NCBI GenBank assembly: GCA_009602725.1
Contig: WELB01000010.1
Coordinates: 1,011,494-1,075,493 of the forward strand
DNA: 64,000 nt
Direction: 5' to 3'
From: Spirogloea muscicola
Lineage: Eukaryota
Positions 25,120 through 38,108 of the stretch are shown here, piece after piece (positions within the stretch are counted from its first letter, which is position 1; each line of letters starts with the position of its first letter). Both the position numbers and the translations under genes were made by a program. The notes beneath the pieces are model-generated. The model was given only the letters and a program-made list of their open reading frames with translations. It made no database searches and had not been told where the DNA came from.

Positions 25120-27551
25120 TCAGAGGGTGGTCCTCTTTCGGGCTGTATTCATGTATGGCCGGATGACCCACTCGTTTTCGGCCTCAGTCTGGTCCATTGT
25201 ACCTAGCTTGATCTGCACCTCAACAAATCAGACCGGTGTCCCTGTAACCTGATGTTATCTGAAGAACAAGGTTCAAGTAACATGCATAGCAGCTCTTCTG
25301 TTGTCGTCCACTACAGGAAGAGCAGGTGTAACAACATCACCAATCCTGAGGAATGCGTACCAACAACCTTTGAGCTTTTGCAACTTGTATGTGAGCGTTT
25401 CAGACGGACCAAAGCACTAAATCTATGCAGAATCCCACCTGGTAAAGCCGCAATTCAAACCGCGGGCCAACCTCCTTCAGCTCTACAGACTTGGGGCCCT
25501 TGGGCATCTCATACACGTGGTGTCTGCAAGCAGGGCAGCTTGCACACGTCACACATACTCAATCAAGTTGCACACAAGGCCAATGTATAGTCCCCGGCTT
25601 CAGTTCTAGGAACAACTAGAAGCAAGTCCTCAAATCATCTGCAGAGTACTGAGGTTTAGCCGCAGGTTTAGCATACAGAAGGACCCAAACCACCAACCTG
25701 AAGGATATGAAGTCCGACTGATTTGCAAAGGTAATTATCCTCTTGCTGTCGGACTTGGGGACTGGGAAGAGGTACTTCAAAATGTTGGAAGTTCGCTGCC
25801 CAAGCTGTGCTTTAATAGAGAGAACACCCAAGAAAGATTAAGCCAGGTAGCCCTAGCCTCTAAGCTCAAATAGCAGCTGCCAGGGAGACAATGTAGACTG
25901 CGAGTCTAGTAGGCCAATGCTCTCAAGCTGCTCTCAAGTGGGGACTGGACCTGGCCGATGCATGAATAGCTAATGGAGGCGGCCTGGGAAGCAATCAATA
26001 GGATCCAAAGGACAAGATGCCCATGCCTTGGTCGTGAATTTGTCCATAATTAGGTGCGGGTAGGCTTCGGACATGGTCCCTAGAGCTACCTTGTCCTTGA
26101 TATCATGCCGTGTCACCTGCCCGGGCCGGTGTAGCTCAGGGACAGCGCAACTTCGACCCCAGCAGAAAAGCACGTACATCATCAAGCGTCAAATTTGAGC
26201 CTAGCCAGCGAGCGGAACATGCTCAAAAAAGGAAGGCCGCTGATCGGAAAGCTTACCACATTGAGCAGGCCAAAGTACGCGGTGGGGCCAAAGGGCAGGT
26301 GGCAAACGATCAGGCCGTCAGGCTCCCCACGGTGCTCGTGCACCATCACAATGTCCGTGAAGTCACTCTTACGGCAGGCCTCCACCACCTCCGCAATGAC
26401 CTGGACGTCCAATCAGCAGCCTGCGGGGTCAGGTCCCATGATAGCATTGCGGTCTTGTACCCCTTCTTCTCCTTCCACTGCTCACCTTGCGCTCCTTCTA
26501 TGAACAGGCGCTAAAAGGGCCCAAAGTATAGCAAATGTTCTGAAATGCATAGTGGCATAGGTCTGTGTCCAACCTCAGAGTCCAGGGCTCCTAGAGCTCA
26601 GGTCGAGACCCCTGAACCTCAGAGCTTACGCTACACCCCTAAAGCCTCAGTTGTTAGTCGCCGCTGAGGCGACTGGCAGCCATGAAGAGCAAAACAAAAT
26701 TTTTGGGCAATGGATTAGTGTATGGAGAGCTTCAAAAGGAGGCTCGCCTGCCCTCCTCGGTTGATGCGCTGCGCATTCGGAAAGACGATCTTGAGCTCCT
26801 GCAGCACAAGCGACCCGGGCCAAGACAGCAGATGTCAGCCGAAGCTGCAACAAACATGTGCTGCCATACTGAACCGGGAGAGCCGCCAAGCGAAGGCCTG
26901 CAGCAATGGGCAATTCTGGGCGCGCCTTGGCGAACTGCGTGAGGCGGCTGCTGGGGTCGCGCGACGTGGTGAGGAGGATCTTGGGGTCCACGCGCCCGGC
27001 CTGCGCGTACTCGTCGTCCACATGGCTCGCCGGCTCTGACGACGCAACGCCCCAACGGCGAGCCGCCGTTAGAGCCGCGTCCGCAAGCGGCCAACTGGCT
27101 CAGGCACTCTCTCACAGCTGCTGGAGAAGGTAAGACCAACAAGGCCCCCTGCTTGACGAGGGCCCCATTGGTAAGGTGGCGGTGAAGCGTGCACCTGCGG
27201 TGGCCTCGTCCTCGAGCTCGATCTCGGCGCGCAGGGCGGCCTCCTCGCCGCGCAGCTCCGTCGGGATGGGCTTCCCCTCTGCAGCCGCGTCAGCCGAGGC
27301 GCGACGTCCTCGAAGGCCGTCATCACCCGCGCCTTTCTACGCGCACACCGTCGCCGCCGCCGCCGCCTCCGCCGCCGCCGCCGCCGGCGCAGCCGCCGCC
27401 GCCGCCGCCCCGAGGAGTCCTATGGAGGCGCGGGGGCACCTTGGAGGGCCTGGCGAATGCGGCGCTTCTTCTCGTACGCGGCGCGCTCGCGGCCCTCCAG
27501 GCCCTTGCGGTAGAGGTACTCGCGGCGCAGCCGCGCGTTGCGCCGCAGCAT
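25120..27551 (-). CDS. IMP4: U3 snoRNP protein IMP4 (Brix domain)
   Basis: [105 protein letters not shown]. Confidence 0.95.
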
Positions 27552-27556
27552 CCCCG

Positions 27557-27593
<37 letters not shown>

Positions 27594-27600
27594 GTGCGGC

Positions 27601-27861
27601 NNNNNNNNNNNNNNNNNNNNNNNNNNNNNNNNNNNNNNNNNNNNNNNNNNNNNNNNNNNNNNNNNNNNNNNNNNNNNNNNNNNNNNNNNNNNNNNNNNNN
27701 NNNNNNNNNNNNNNNNNNNNNNNNNNNNNNNNNNNNNNNNNNNNNNNNNNNNNNNNNNNNNNNNNNNNNNNNNNNNNNNNNNNNNNNNNNNNNNNNNNNN
27801 NNNNNNNNNNNNNNNNNNNNNNNNNNNNNNNNNNNNNNNNNNNNNNNNNNNNNNNNNNNNN
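27601..27861. other. Assembly gap between the divergent IMP4 and SNM1 starts
   Basis: Run of N flanked by GCC repeats. Confidence 0.99.
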
Positions 27862-27886
27862 CGCCGTTGCCGCCGCCGGCGATGAC

Positions 27887-30800
27887 ATGCTGCGGGCGGC
27901 GCCCATGGCGGGAGCCCCGGGCGGCCGGCCGCCGCCGGGGCCTGCGGTCGCCGAGGTCCTCTCCATCGCCGCCGCGGCCGAGCGTTCTGCAGGCCGCAGC
28001 ACCGGCTGGAGCGACGAGGACCTCCTCTTAGCGTCGTGCTGCGAGGCCGCCGAGGCCGCCGAGAGCGACGACGCCGCCGCGCTGCAACGGCGGCGTCTGT
28101 CTCCGCCACCAGACGCCGTGGTGGATGCGGCATGGAGCAGGGCGGACGATGGGAGCAGCGCTGGCGAGAACGGCAGCAACAGTGGTGGCTGTCTGGCGGG
28201 ACTGCTGCCGCAGGAGGGTTTCGGCGGCAGCGGCGGCAGCGACGGCCCTGCTCACGACGACATCGTCTTTGGCGAGCTCGAGGTGGAGGAGGCCTTCGAG
28301 TGGGACTCTGACGACGACCGAGGCACTGAAGACGGCGACGGCGATGACGGCCTGGAAGAGGTGCGGCGGACCTGCGACCAGGCTGCTGAGCTCGCGGCGA
28401 CGGCGGCGGAGGAGGAGTTATGGCCAGCCGCAGACGAGAAGCAGCTGCTGGCTGAAGCGGCTTCAAAGGCCCCAAGGCCGGCCGTCTTGTGCGACCAGGG
28501 CTGGGAGCGCTTGACTGGCACAGGCAGCGCAACGGGTGCAGCGGCGGCGAAGCTGGTGCAGGGCATGCTGACGAGCTTCTTCGCGCCCAAGCGCAGTGCC
28601 GGGGGCCTTCTGACGACGGCTGCCAATGCCGGGCCCAAGCGGCAGCGCAGCATCGGCTCCTACTTTGGCCTGGCTCGGACGTCGCCGCACTCGCTGCCGT
28701 CGGAGCCGCTTCTGGCGCTGGAGGCTGGGAGCACCAAAGCCGCCTGGCTGCTTGCCCCAGCTGCACCGAAGCTGCAGAATGTAGCTTCAAAGCCGGCTGT
28801 TGCCAGCGAGCCAGCGGCGGCGGCCGTGCGGCCCTGCCCCTTCTACAAGAAGATGCCCGGTAGGTTGTGCGCTCTGTGACCAGCACCCAGGTCGCAGTAG
28901 CCCCTGGCAAGCAGTAATTGGGAGGCAGTCCTCATTGATCTTGCGGAATAGAGGAGTACAATGCTTGTTTCCTGGATGCTATTGACTTCTCTAAGTACAT
29001 GGACAGCCGATGCCCTCTGCAAACCACGACCTCAAAGCCAAACTCCTATATTAGCCGCTGGTTTGGGTGACCATGGCCAGGCAGCCCCTTTCCTTGCCTT
29101 GGGCGCTCGTTCCTGACCAGCCTGGCACGCTCGTCCCTGTAAATCAACACTGAGGCATTTGTGCCTGTTGTGGCAACCCCAGGCACAAGCTTTACAGTGG
29201 ACGCATTTCGTTTCGGGCGGATACCCGGATGCTCGGCGTACTTCCTCACGCACTTCCACAGCGACCACTACGGCGGGCTGAGCCGTGCGTGGCGCCATGG
29301 CCCCATCTACTGCACGCCCCCCACCGGACGCCTTGTAGTCATGTGCCTTGGTGTCGACCCCAAGTGAGAGCCTCCCCACTCAGGGTCTAGGTATTTGGCT
29401 CGTTGCCAGCACACCCTACGCAGGTCGTGGCTGCCACGGAGCTGTTGCATGCACTGCGATCGCACTTTTGTTTCCTTTGCGATTGACGAGCAAGTTTTGA
29501 CAAAACCTGCTTTCATCTGCTTGCTCTTTGTGGGATCTAGGTGGATTGTTGGCCTTGAGGAGAACCAGACAGCAGTCGTGCAGGGCGTGGAGGTGACGAT
29601 GCTGCCAGCCAACCACTGCCCTGGTGCGGCAATCATCCTCTTCCGCTTGCCCTGGGGCGACCACATCTTGCACACGGGCGACTTCCGAGCGTGCACGGCC
29701 ATGCGCGCGTACCCGCACCTCCAGGGCGTACATATAAAGCTCCTCTACCTGGACACCACCTATTGCAATACCAGATACAAGTAGGCAAGCTTGCTCTGGC
29801 ATTGCCCGCGCTCTGATGTGGATCCGCCCCAGCATCCTTATTTGACAATATGTTGGACAGCTAGGCCATTTCGCTGGTCGACCATGCTGCACTTTCCTGC
29901 CATACAGTTTATAGCTTTTGTCTACAAGCCACTGCTTGAGGTGTTTTTAAGCACTGGCTTTGACGCTGACATCCATGGCCTCTACAGTCAAGCAATCATT
30001 GCATGACATGCTTGCATCGGCAACTGTGATCACAGATAGGAGAAGATGGTTCCAGTAATGACCATTGATTCATCTGGTCCAACAGGTTCCCTCCCCAGGA
30101 GGATGTGATCCAATTTGCAGTGCAGTGCACAAGGAGGATGCTGCAGAGGAGCAAGCGCCTGTTGATCACGGTTGGCGCTTATAGCATCGGCAAGGAGCGG
30201 GTCTACCTGGCCCTTGCTCAGGCTCTTGGGGTACGAGCTACAAGGTCACCTCGTGCTGCTTGATGCTGCTGCACTGTCCCGTGCTGTTTCATGAGTAGAG
30301 CAGCTCTTCATTGAAGTGTCTGCAGATCAGGACGTCATTGCAAGATGCCCGTGTCTCATTCAAGCAGCATTCCAACAGGAGTCTCGTCTACTTCGTCAAA
30401 AGCTATGGCCCTCTGGTTTCAGGTCAAGATATACGTGGACAAGCGGCGGGAGAGGGTGCTGGGCGCGCTTGATTGGCCAGAGCTTCAAGCATACTTGACA
30501 AGCGATGCCTCGACTACGCCACTCCACGTCGTCCCCATCGGATATCTTAGGCCTCCTGTATGCTTGCCATTTGCCTCATTGACCCTTCTTGGTAGAAGCC
30601 CAGCCTGTCCATTGATGATGAAGCCTACTGCTTGGCTCGATTGGCTGTGTGTTCATGGCTGTGGGTGAGGTTACCCTGATTGACATCAGCCTCAGCATTT
30701 GGTGCCAATGTAGCAGTTCCGCTTCATCCTCTTATCTTATCCTATCTGCTCTCTTGTGATTGCTTGTTCATGACAGAGATTAAAGTCATATCTGCAAAAT

Positions 30801-31693
30801 TATCATTCTTTCATGGCCATCCTTGGCTTTCGTCCGACAGGTATTAAGCTGAAGCAGTAGACTGGCTCTATGACATACCTGCTTCCCAGTAGAAATTTAC
30901 CTCCCCGCAATGTATAGCTTCACGTACTGTGGGCAACTCAAAAGAATGTGTGCCCATAGGTTGTTCCCTTATACTGTCTACCACTTGTTGTTCCCTTTGT
31001 CTACCACGAGATGGAGATCTCAAGCAGATATTCGATGTGCACTTGCAGGATGGACTTACAGCGAGAAGATTGGGGCCAGACTGGAGCTGATCCAGCCCCA
31101 GAGATGGGGGCCCGTTACAGTCTATGGTATGCTGTACTGCCTAGCAATTCTTCAGTGTTGCTGCTATTTCTTCGGTGTTGCTGGAACTTTCACTTCATTG
31201 GGGTTCTGAGCCAGGCTGCCGTTGTAGGACGAAGAGAGATAGATTCATGCTTTTGAGCTCGTTCCCTTTCTTCGGGAGTAATGGGCTGCGGCACCAGGCC
31301 ATCAGACGTTGTCCTGTTTCATCACATTGACTTGTTGCTGCTCCCTGCAGGAATTCCATATAGCGAGCACTCGTCCTGCACGGAGCTAAAGGAGTTTGTA
31401 CAGGTGAGCTACACGGCAGGCATGGCCTCGCTTGAGTTTGTCCATGAGCACATAGGCAGAAGCTGGTGCAGCTCAAACGATCACAGGGCTGCTCATTGCG
31501 CCAGCCACAGGAGTAATATCTCGACTCTGGCTCCACCAGATCCTGCAGGCCCCTGATAGGCGTGTCATTGCCTTTGGTGCAGCACTTCAAGCCCGAAAAG
31601 ATCATCCCAACTGTCAATGTGAGCAGCCCGGCGTCGAGGGAGAGGATGAACGGTCTGTTTAGGCAGTGGCAAAACAAGGGCCTGCAAGACTGA
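27887..31693 (+). CDS. SNM1: DNA cross-link repair nuclease SNM1/PSO2 (metallo-beta-lactamase plus beta-CASP)
   Basis: [20 protein letters not shown]...[61 protein letters not shown]. The start codon is uncertain because it abuts the gap. Confidence 0.93.
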
Positions 31694-32258
31694 GCTGGGA
31701 TTGCCACATATGTGGCCAACCCAGGCTAAGTTGTCCTGCCCTTGGGGGCTCTTAGACCTCCCTCTGCATTTTGACTCTTCTGAAGTGGCCCCATTGGCTA
31801 CTGAGATAGTTAGAACATCCTGACACACTTGTTGCAAGGGCTCTTGACATCTCACGCACGCCCTTTAGTGGACGAAAGTGACTTGCTAGTGGTATCAAGC
31901 CTGCTGGCCCTTCGCTCCTGGGAGGGCACAGCTGTTGGTCCCTCCCTCTGCAGGCTGTTGACCTCCCCTGATGCCGGTCCCTGCAGAATTTTTCATTAGT
32001 GAGTGAGATATCTGTCCAGGTGTTAGTGATGGTGTTGCAAACGACCTGGTGTTGAGAAAGGCAAACTGGTGCAGGCTGAGGCAGATGGCCAGCAGTGGAC
32101 CTGCCGTTAGGACGACCACATCGATAAGAGCAGGGTGGGCAGGCCTAGTGGCGTGGGGCTGTGTGCCTCTAAGTGGGGCGTCGAACCAGCCGGCAAGCTC
32201 CTTGGGCGTGGTGCCCGGCAACAGTCAGCAGCTGCAGTCGGCGTGGCAGTTGGGCCAG

Positions 32259-33190
32259 TCATAACTTCCCATCCAAGAGTGTGACAGCCGTCCCGTCGAC
32301 CAGCAGGGTGCCGCAGCCGTCCGTGAAGCACCGGGTGCTGAAATCAACTCTGGCAAGAGCACCATAAAAAGAGAAGGTGCGCGGTGCACATGAAACGAAA
32401 GGGTGGCCAACTCAAGCCAGACATTAGGGGGGCTACATGAAACGAAGCCCTATGCTAAGGTGGCTAAGGTGACGGTGTGACGTTGGTACCGACCAGTGAG
32501 CACATACAACTCCGACAAGCTAAGTAAGGAGGGTGGCTGTGCGGTCACTGGTGAGAGCAAGCTCTGAGCTGCGCAGTCTGGAGAGCGCGCAAAGCGCAGC
32601 TGGACACCATGCGCCCGTTACAACAAGCCACTGAGCCCGACGGCGCCGGCTCAGCGCCCGAACCTGTGGCGGTGCCGGTGGCGCCGGACGGCGAGCACCT
32701 CCACGACGGCCAGCAGCGGCTGGCCCACCAGCGCGGGCGCCAGGAACTTGAGCGTGTGCGAGACGTAGACGGCGCCGGGCTGCCGCGCCGCGCCACCCCC
32801 AAGCCAAGGCGGCCGTCACCTTCGCAGCCGCTTGAGCTTAGCCCATCAAAGCCCGTCACAGAGTCCGCCAGGCGAGGCGGGGGGGTCCCAGAGGCGCACG
32901 AGCCGCGAGCCGATGATGGCCGGGAAGAGGGCGGCGACCAGGAGGCCGTGCACGACGGGCCCGCCGACGAAGCCCGCGGCGGCGGCGGCGGCGGCGTCGG
33001 CGTGGATGGGGTTGGAGTCGCCGCCCAGCGCCGCGTATGCCGCGACGTCCGCTGGCGAGAAGGCGCGCCGCCGCCGGAGGACGNATCCGCCCCGGGAGAC
33101 AGCGGAAAGGCTTGGGAAGGCATCCGGAACGGCTGGGAGAGACAGCCTTTCCCAGGCGGCGGCGCCGTCACGGGGGCGGCTCGCCGTCAT
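32259..33190 (-). CDS. MaoC-like hotdog dehydratase ((R)-enoyl-CoA hydratase / 3-hydroxyacyl-ACP dehydratase)
   Basis: YAALGGDSNPIHAD...GFVGGPVVHGLLVAALFPAIIG; PGAVYVSHTLKFLAPALVG; LLVDGTAVTLLDGKL*. The start is tentative (single N at ~33084). Confidence 0.85.
32365..32525 (-). mobile_element. Retrotransposon 3'-end relic inside the last intron of the MaoC gene
   Basis: Minus strand reads LSLSELYVLTG, then GCCACCTTAGCATAGGGCTTCGTTTCATGTAGCC (the same as 46392-46426), then the terminal motif TTGGCCACCCTTTCGTTTCATGTGCACCGCGCACCTTCTCT. Confidence 0.75.
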
Positions 33191-33270
33191 CCTCACTCGA
33201 TCCCATCCTCCGTTTGCGCCGGGGCTCGGGGCTTCCGGTCTCACTCCCAGCCGCAGCGCCCGGCCCTGGT

Positions 33271-33301
<31 letters not shown>

Positions 33302-33689
33302 GAGCTCGCGCGGCGCTCGGCGGCTGCAGCACGCTCGGAGGCGCTCCGGGCGGCGAGCTCGCCACGGGCCCCGACGGCGGCGACGGAGCTCGCGCGAGCC
33401 GGGAGCTCGTCGCAGGCCCGGCGGCGCTGGCAGGGAGATAAGGGGGGGCAGACGGGGGGAAGGGGTTTAGCGAGCAGGTAGGAGGAGCAGGGCCTGGCGG
33501 CAGGGACGAGATTTAGAAGGCGCGGAGCGGGGTCCCGTATACGCGAGGTTTGCAGGTTAAGCAGGCCGGGCCCGGCGAGGACAGCAAGGGAGGGCTGCGT
33601 TTAGCGCGTCGAGGACTGGGGAGGATCTAAGGAGATAGGGGCAGCGCGGGCCTGGGACATGGCAAGAGGGGAGCGGGAGCGAGGCATAG

Positions 33690-33900
33690 GAGAGTGAACC
33701 TGCGCTCACAGCGAGAGCGAGCAGAGAGAAGCTAGAGCAGGAGAGGGGGGAGAGGAAGTGAGATAGCGAGGTGGCGAGAGAGAGAGGCAGAGATAGAGGG
33801 TTTGCGTCAGTGTGCGTGCGTGTACGTGTTCGTGTGTGTGTTGGTCTAAGTCGAGCATTTAAGCACAAGCGAGAGCGAGAGCGGGAGCGGGAGCGAGAGC
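33690..33900. repeat. GA-rich and GT-rich microsatellite tract between the MaoC and NAP1 genes
   Basis: (GA)n, (GAGC)n and (GT)n-like runs. Confidence 0.7.
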
Positions 33901-34181
33901 AGGCACAGAGGGGTTTAGTTCACGCGAGCTGGGAAATAGGTGGGCGAGCGCACGTGAGCAGGGGTTAAGGAGTTCACTGAGGCCGCCGCGTGCAGTAGCC
34001 AGGGAAGTTAGGGACATAGAAAGGCAGGACCGAGAGGTAGAACGTGCCGGGAAAGTGGGTTTCCAAGCTTGCGAACGTGGCCGAGTGTGCGAGAAGCCAG
34101 AGAGCCGCTGGCAGACGCGCCTCCTTCGGATACAGTGCAGCTGCAGCTTGGCACAGAGTGCGGCACCCACGTCTCGCACCC

Positions 34182-37041
34182 ATGTCGACCACGGCGCCGC
34201 TGGCTGAGGGCACGGCGACCAAGAGGGTCAAGCTTGCACCGCCGGCCGAGGTGGCGGCGGCTGCCGCAGCAGAGGCGACCCCAGCCACCAATGGTCTGGC
34301 TCAGCAAGACAGCGGCGCGGGGCAGGGCGGAGAGTCTGCTGCGGCGGCTGTGGGAGCAGCGGCGGTGCAGCCGTTGACCGTGGCGGACAGGGAGGAGGCC
34401 ACTGTGCCAGCAGCTGCTGTCTCTGGCAGCGGCGCCAACGACGGCGAGGAGGAGGCGCAGCTGGATGCAGAGCTGGTGCTGGCCATCGAGCGGCTGCAGG
34501 AAGTCCAGGACGAGCTTGAGCGGGTGTGCATCACCACGTATCTCCTTCAGGCAGTATCTCTCCTCCGCTGCATGCGCACGAATGCTCAGATGGCCTGTGC
34601 GTTGCCGTCGATGGCAGGTGAATGAGGAGGCGAGCGACAAGGTGCTGGAGGTGGAGCAGCGGTACAATGAGGTGCGGCGGCCGGTGTATGCACGCCGCAA
34701 TGCCATCATCACCTCCATCCCGGACTTCTGGCTCACGGCGGTCTGTGCTCCTGCCGCCCCGCCCCGCCCTTCCTCCCTCCACCCTCCTGCAGCTCCTCGC
34801 AGAAACATGGCCGCCTACTCGTCACGTCTGGTTGTCCTGCAGAATTGCAGCCCGACTGGCTGTGCTGGCGGTCGCTGCGGCAGCGGCTCGCTGTCTTTCC
34901 TTCTGTCCCCCATGTCTCGGCACGTCGCCGTGGTTGACTCATGCTCCGCTTTCCTGCGCAGTTCCTGAGCCACCCGCAGCTCGCCGACCTGCTCACCGAG
35001 GACGATCAGAAGGTCCAGCCGACCTCCCTCCTCCAATCTCCATCCTCCTTCCTCCTCCCTCCTCCCTCCTCCCTCCTCCCTCCTTCTGCGTCTCTGTATT
35101 CGACTGCCCTTCCATTATTGAAACCCCAATCGGCCTCACCACCTTCCCACTCCCTTTTCCGCTCCGCTTGGCAGGCATTCAAGCACCTGGCAGAGCTGGA
35201 AGTGGAGGACAGCAATGACGTGAAGTCGGGTTACCGCATCGCGCTGCACTTCCGTCCCAACCCGTACTTTGAGGACGAGGTGCTGGAGAAGGTGGTTGCT
35301 TTCGCTGAGGACGGCACCGTCAAGGTCACTGGCACACCGCCGCGCTGGAAGCCTGGCATGGTGACTGTCTCCCCATGGCTTTGTCGACGCATAACTCTTC
35401 CTTCTACTCTCTCTGATGCCCCCGAGCCGGCAGGCTGTCATCCTGGGTCATTGTTAAGCTCAACACTCTGTATAGGCTGTTTATTTTCATTTGTCTTCCT
35501 TAGCAGTTGGTTGATTTTCTGTCAAAGACGACTTCCTCTTTGAGCTGGATCTCGCAATCTGCAGCACCTCCTCCCCCCACACACCTCCCCCTTGTCAAGA
35601 AGAAAGCCGAGAACAAGTCACAAGTCCAAGAGCTGAGTTCTTGAGATTTAGGATGCTTAAAATCTAGTGAGATTGTTTTCATGGGTCATCTGCATGCGTG
35701 CTCCTTGTAGACGCGGGCAAGAGCAGGGACTATGAATTGCGTCATCGGTTGCAGCCATTGACTGATCATTGGCAGCAGAGGCTAAGGGCTCAAGCCTTGA
35801 TCCCTTGGCTTGTGGCACCTGATTGACATCGTAGCCCCTCTCCAAGGCAACTTCTGAGGACGAGATTGGATGCTGCAGGACTTGACATCCCGAGATGACG
35901 ATGATGGAGAGGATGACGACGACGAGGAAGATGAAGCGGAAGAGGAGAGGGAGGATGGAGGAGGAGAGGGAGGGAAGGAGGGAGGAGAGGACGACAGTGG
36001 CGGAGAGCGTAAGGAAGGCAGAAGGGGCGCCAAGCGGCGGCGCTCGCATCCCACAAGGTGGGCGTGCCCACAATCTCTCTGTCGTACGGCTCTGTGCGCC
36101 AAGCGCCTGCTGCACCACATCTGCCTGGCAGAGGTGACAGTTGGGTGCCGCTGTCTCGCCAGAAGGTGCCGGGCTACTGTATTGGCCAACGTAAATTAGC
36201 CAACTAGCTGGTCTTTGTCGGCTTGTGTCAGGAAGGGCAAGACTGGCAGCTGACTGTTCTGACACCCTTTCGCTGCGCCGCATGCAGCTTCTTTACCTGG
36301 TTTCTGCTGGACTTTGATGAGGCCGCCCCAGACGAGGTAAGTAGAAATGCTCCAAAAGCTTCACGGAGCAATAAGTAGTTTGGTCAAGGAAGAGGCAGAT
36401 GAGGAGCTCAGAGGCCACGAGCTAGAAGATTCTGGCATTTTGGGATCTGAGAACCTCACCTTTAATTTCCGCTCGCTTAGGTTCAGGTGTGCATCAGTAG
36501 AGCTCAAGGTCGAAGAGGTTATCTTAGGTGCTGGAGGATGACTTCAGCTTTTTGAAGATTGCAGGATAATGCTGCAGCATCTAGATGTCATGCAAAGCCT
36601 CAGCAGTAGCAGAGCTGGTAGGAATTCCTGTGTGCAGACGGCCCATGCTGTGTGCGAAGAGGTGGCCCGTCCCAAGGCGAAAGCGCCATACCCGAATTAC
36701 TCGGCCGCAGGCCTGATAGTTAGGCATAAAAATTTCAAAAACCCGACAACAATGTCTACTCAATGAAATCTGCTCCATTGTGCAGATTGCTGAGGTGATC
36801 AAGGACGACCTTTGGCCAAACCCGCTCAAGTATTTCAATACGGTGAGCAGGCTTACTCTAGCAAGTCGTTCTCATCAAGAGACAGCCGCATTTCCTGCTC
36901 ACAATTGCTCATGATTTGAGAAGAATCTTCAGGCAAATGAAGGGCGACTGCCCCTGATGGGCGCATCTGCCACCTTGTGCATCGATTGTGCAGGAAGCTG
37001 ACGAAGAGTTTGAGGAGGAAGCGCAGGTAGAGAACGAGTGA
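34182..37041 (+). CDS. NAP1-related / SET histone chaperone (NRP-like)
   Basis: [97 protein letters not shown]; acidic tail. Confidence 0.93.
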
Positions 37042-38108
37042 GTAGACCGGCAACGGCGTATGGAGGTGAGCTCCTTGTCCAGCGTAAGTTTGCTGCAAGT
37101 TTGATACAGAGAGACGCCACTGAGACTTGCGAATACTAGCCCCTGTATGTGTAATCTTCAGTGCTTGAGCTTCAGAAACACCGTGCTGAGGCGCTCCAGG
37201 CGCTTCAGAAGTTACAATGCCAAAGGAATTCATTAATGTTCGCAATACGGTTGTGTCGTCAAGGACTTGAGAAGCCGGCTGGCTTTGCTCTTCGATATGC
37301 ACAGTCAGAACAACCCGCAAACACCATGCACGCTTCTGACGCCCACATAATTATCGACTTGTCTTGCCAGAAGGACTGCAGCAGCTGTCTCCAGAGGGTG
37401 GCAATTTTGTTGTGAATTTGCGGAAGCAGATTGCATCCTTGAGCATGCAGCAACTTGAGAGTGGAGCTGAGCATTGCATGCCCTGCCAACGGCAAAAAAA
37501 GGCCTACGAGCGAGGACGAGCGTGGGACACCTGAGGATGTCTAATTGCAAGCAGGGGAAGGGCGACGTCGGTCCTCATGCAACGCCATGGAAGCCAGGAC
37601 CTTGCGACCTGGTGGCCTTGCTATGCGTCCTACATGTTCCAAAGGACCCCCCATGGCAGCCTACCATAAATCTCTGTCAGCCTCTTATTTTCTGAGCTGG
37701 GTACATTCTACCTATAAGCTCCTGATGAGGGGCTGTGCTGTCCTTGCTTGCCTCTCCATGGTAGGCTAACAGCTTTGCACTCGATCCTGCATCTTTGAGC
37801 ATTCGTACTCCATGCTCCAGTTTTGCTTGGTGATTGAGGCCTTCTTACAGCTCAGACCAAAGAGGTAATGACTTCACATGAGTCTCTTGAATAGCTCAAA
37901 CAGTTCCTGGCCTTTTGGGGAGCTCTGAGGCTAGTTGACAGCAACATGCTTAATGAAATGCTTTCCAAAGTGTGCAAATGCTCACTGCCGCAGAGAATCT
38001 ATACACTCAGGTTGGGAGTACATCCCTTCAGCAAAGAGCAGCCTCACATGAAGTAAACAAGTGCGTATATGCCAAAGTTGCTTCAACCTCTGCAATGGCG
38101 TGAGGCAC

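Noticed and set aside
27176..28910. 567-aa and 496-aa ORFs crossing the 27601-27861 gap
   Set aside because: They join antisense IMP4 sequence to SNM1 exon 1 (and the reverse) through Ns; they are not real single proteins.
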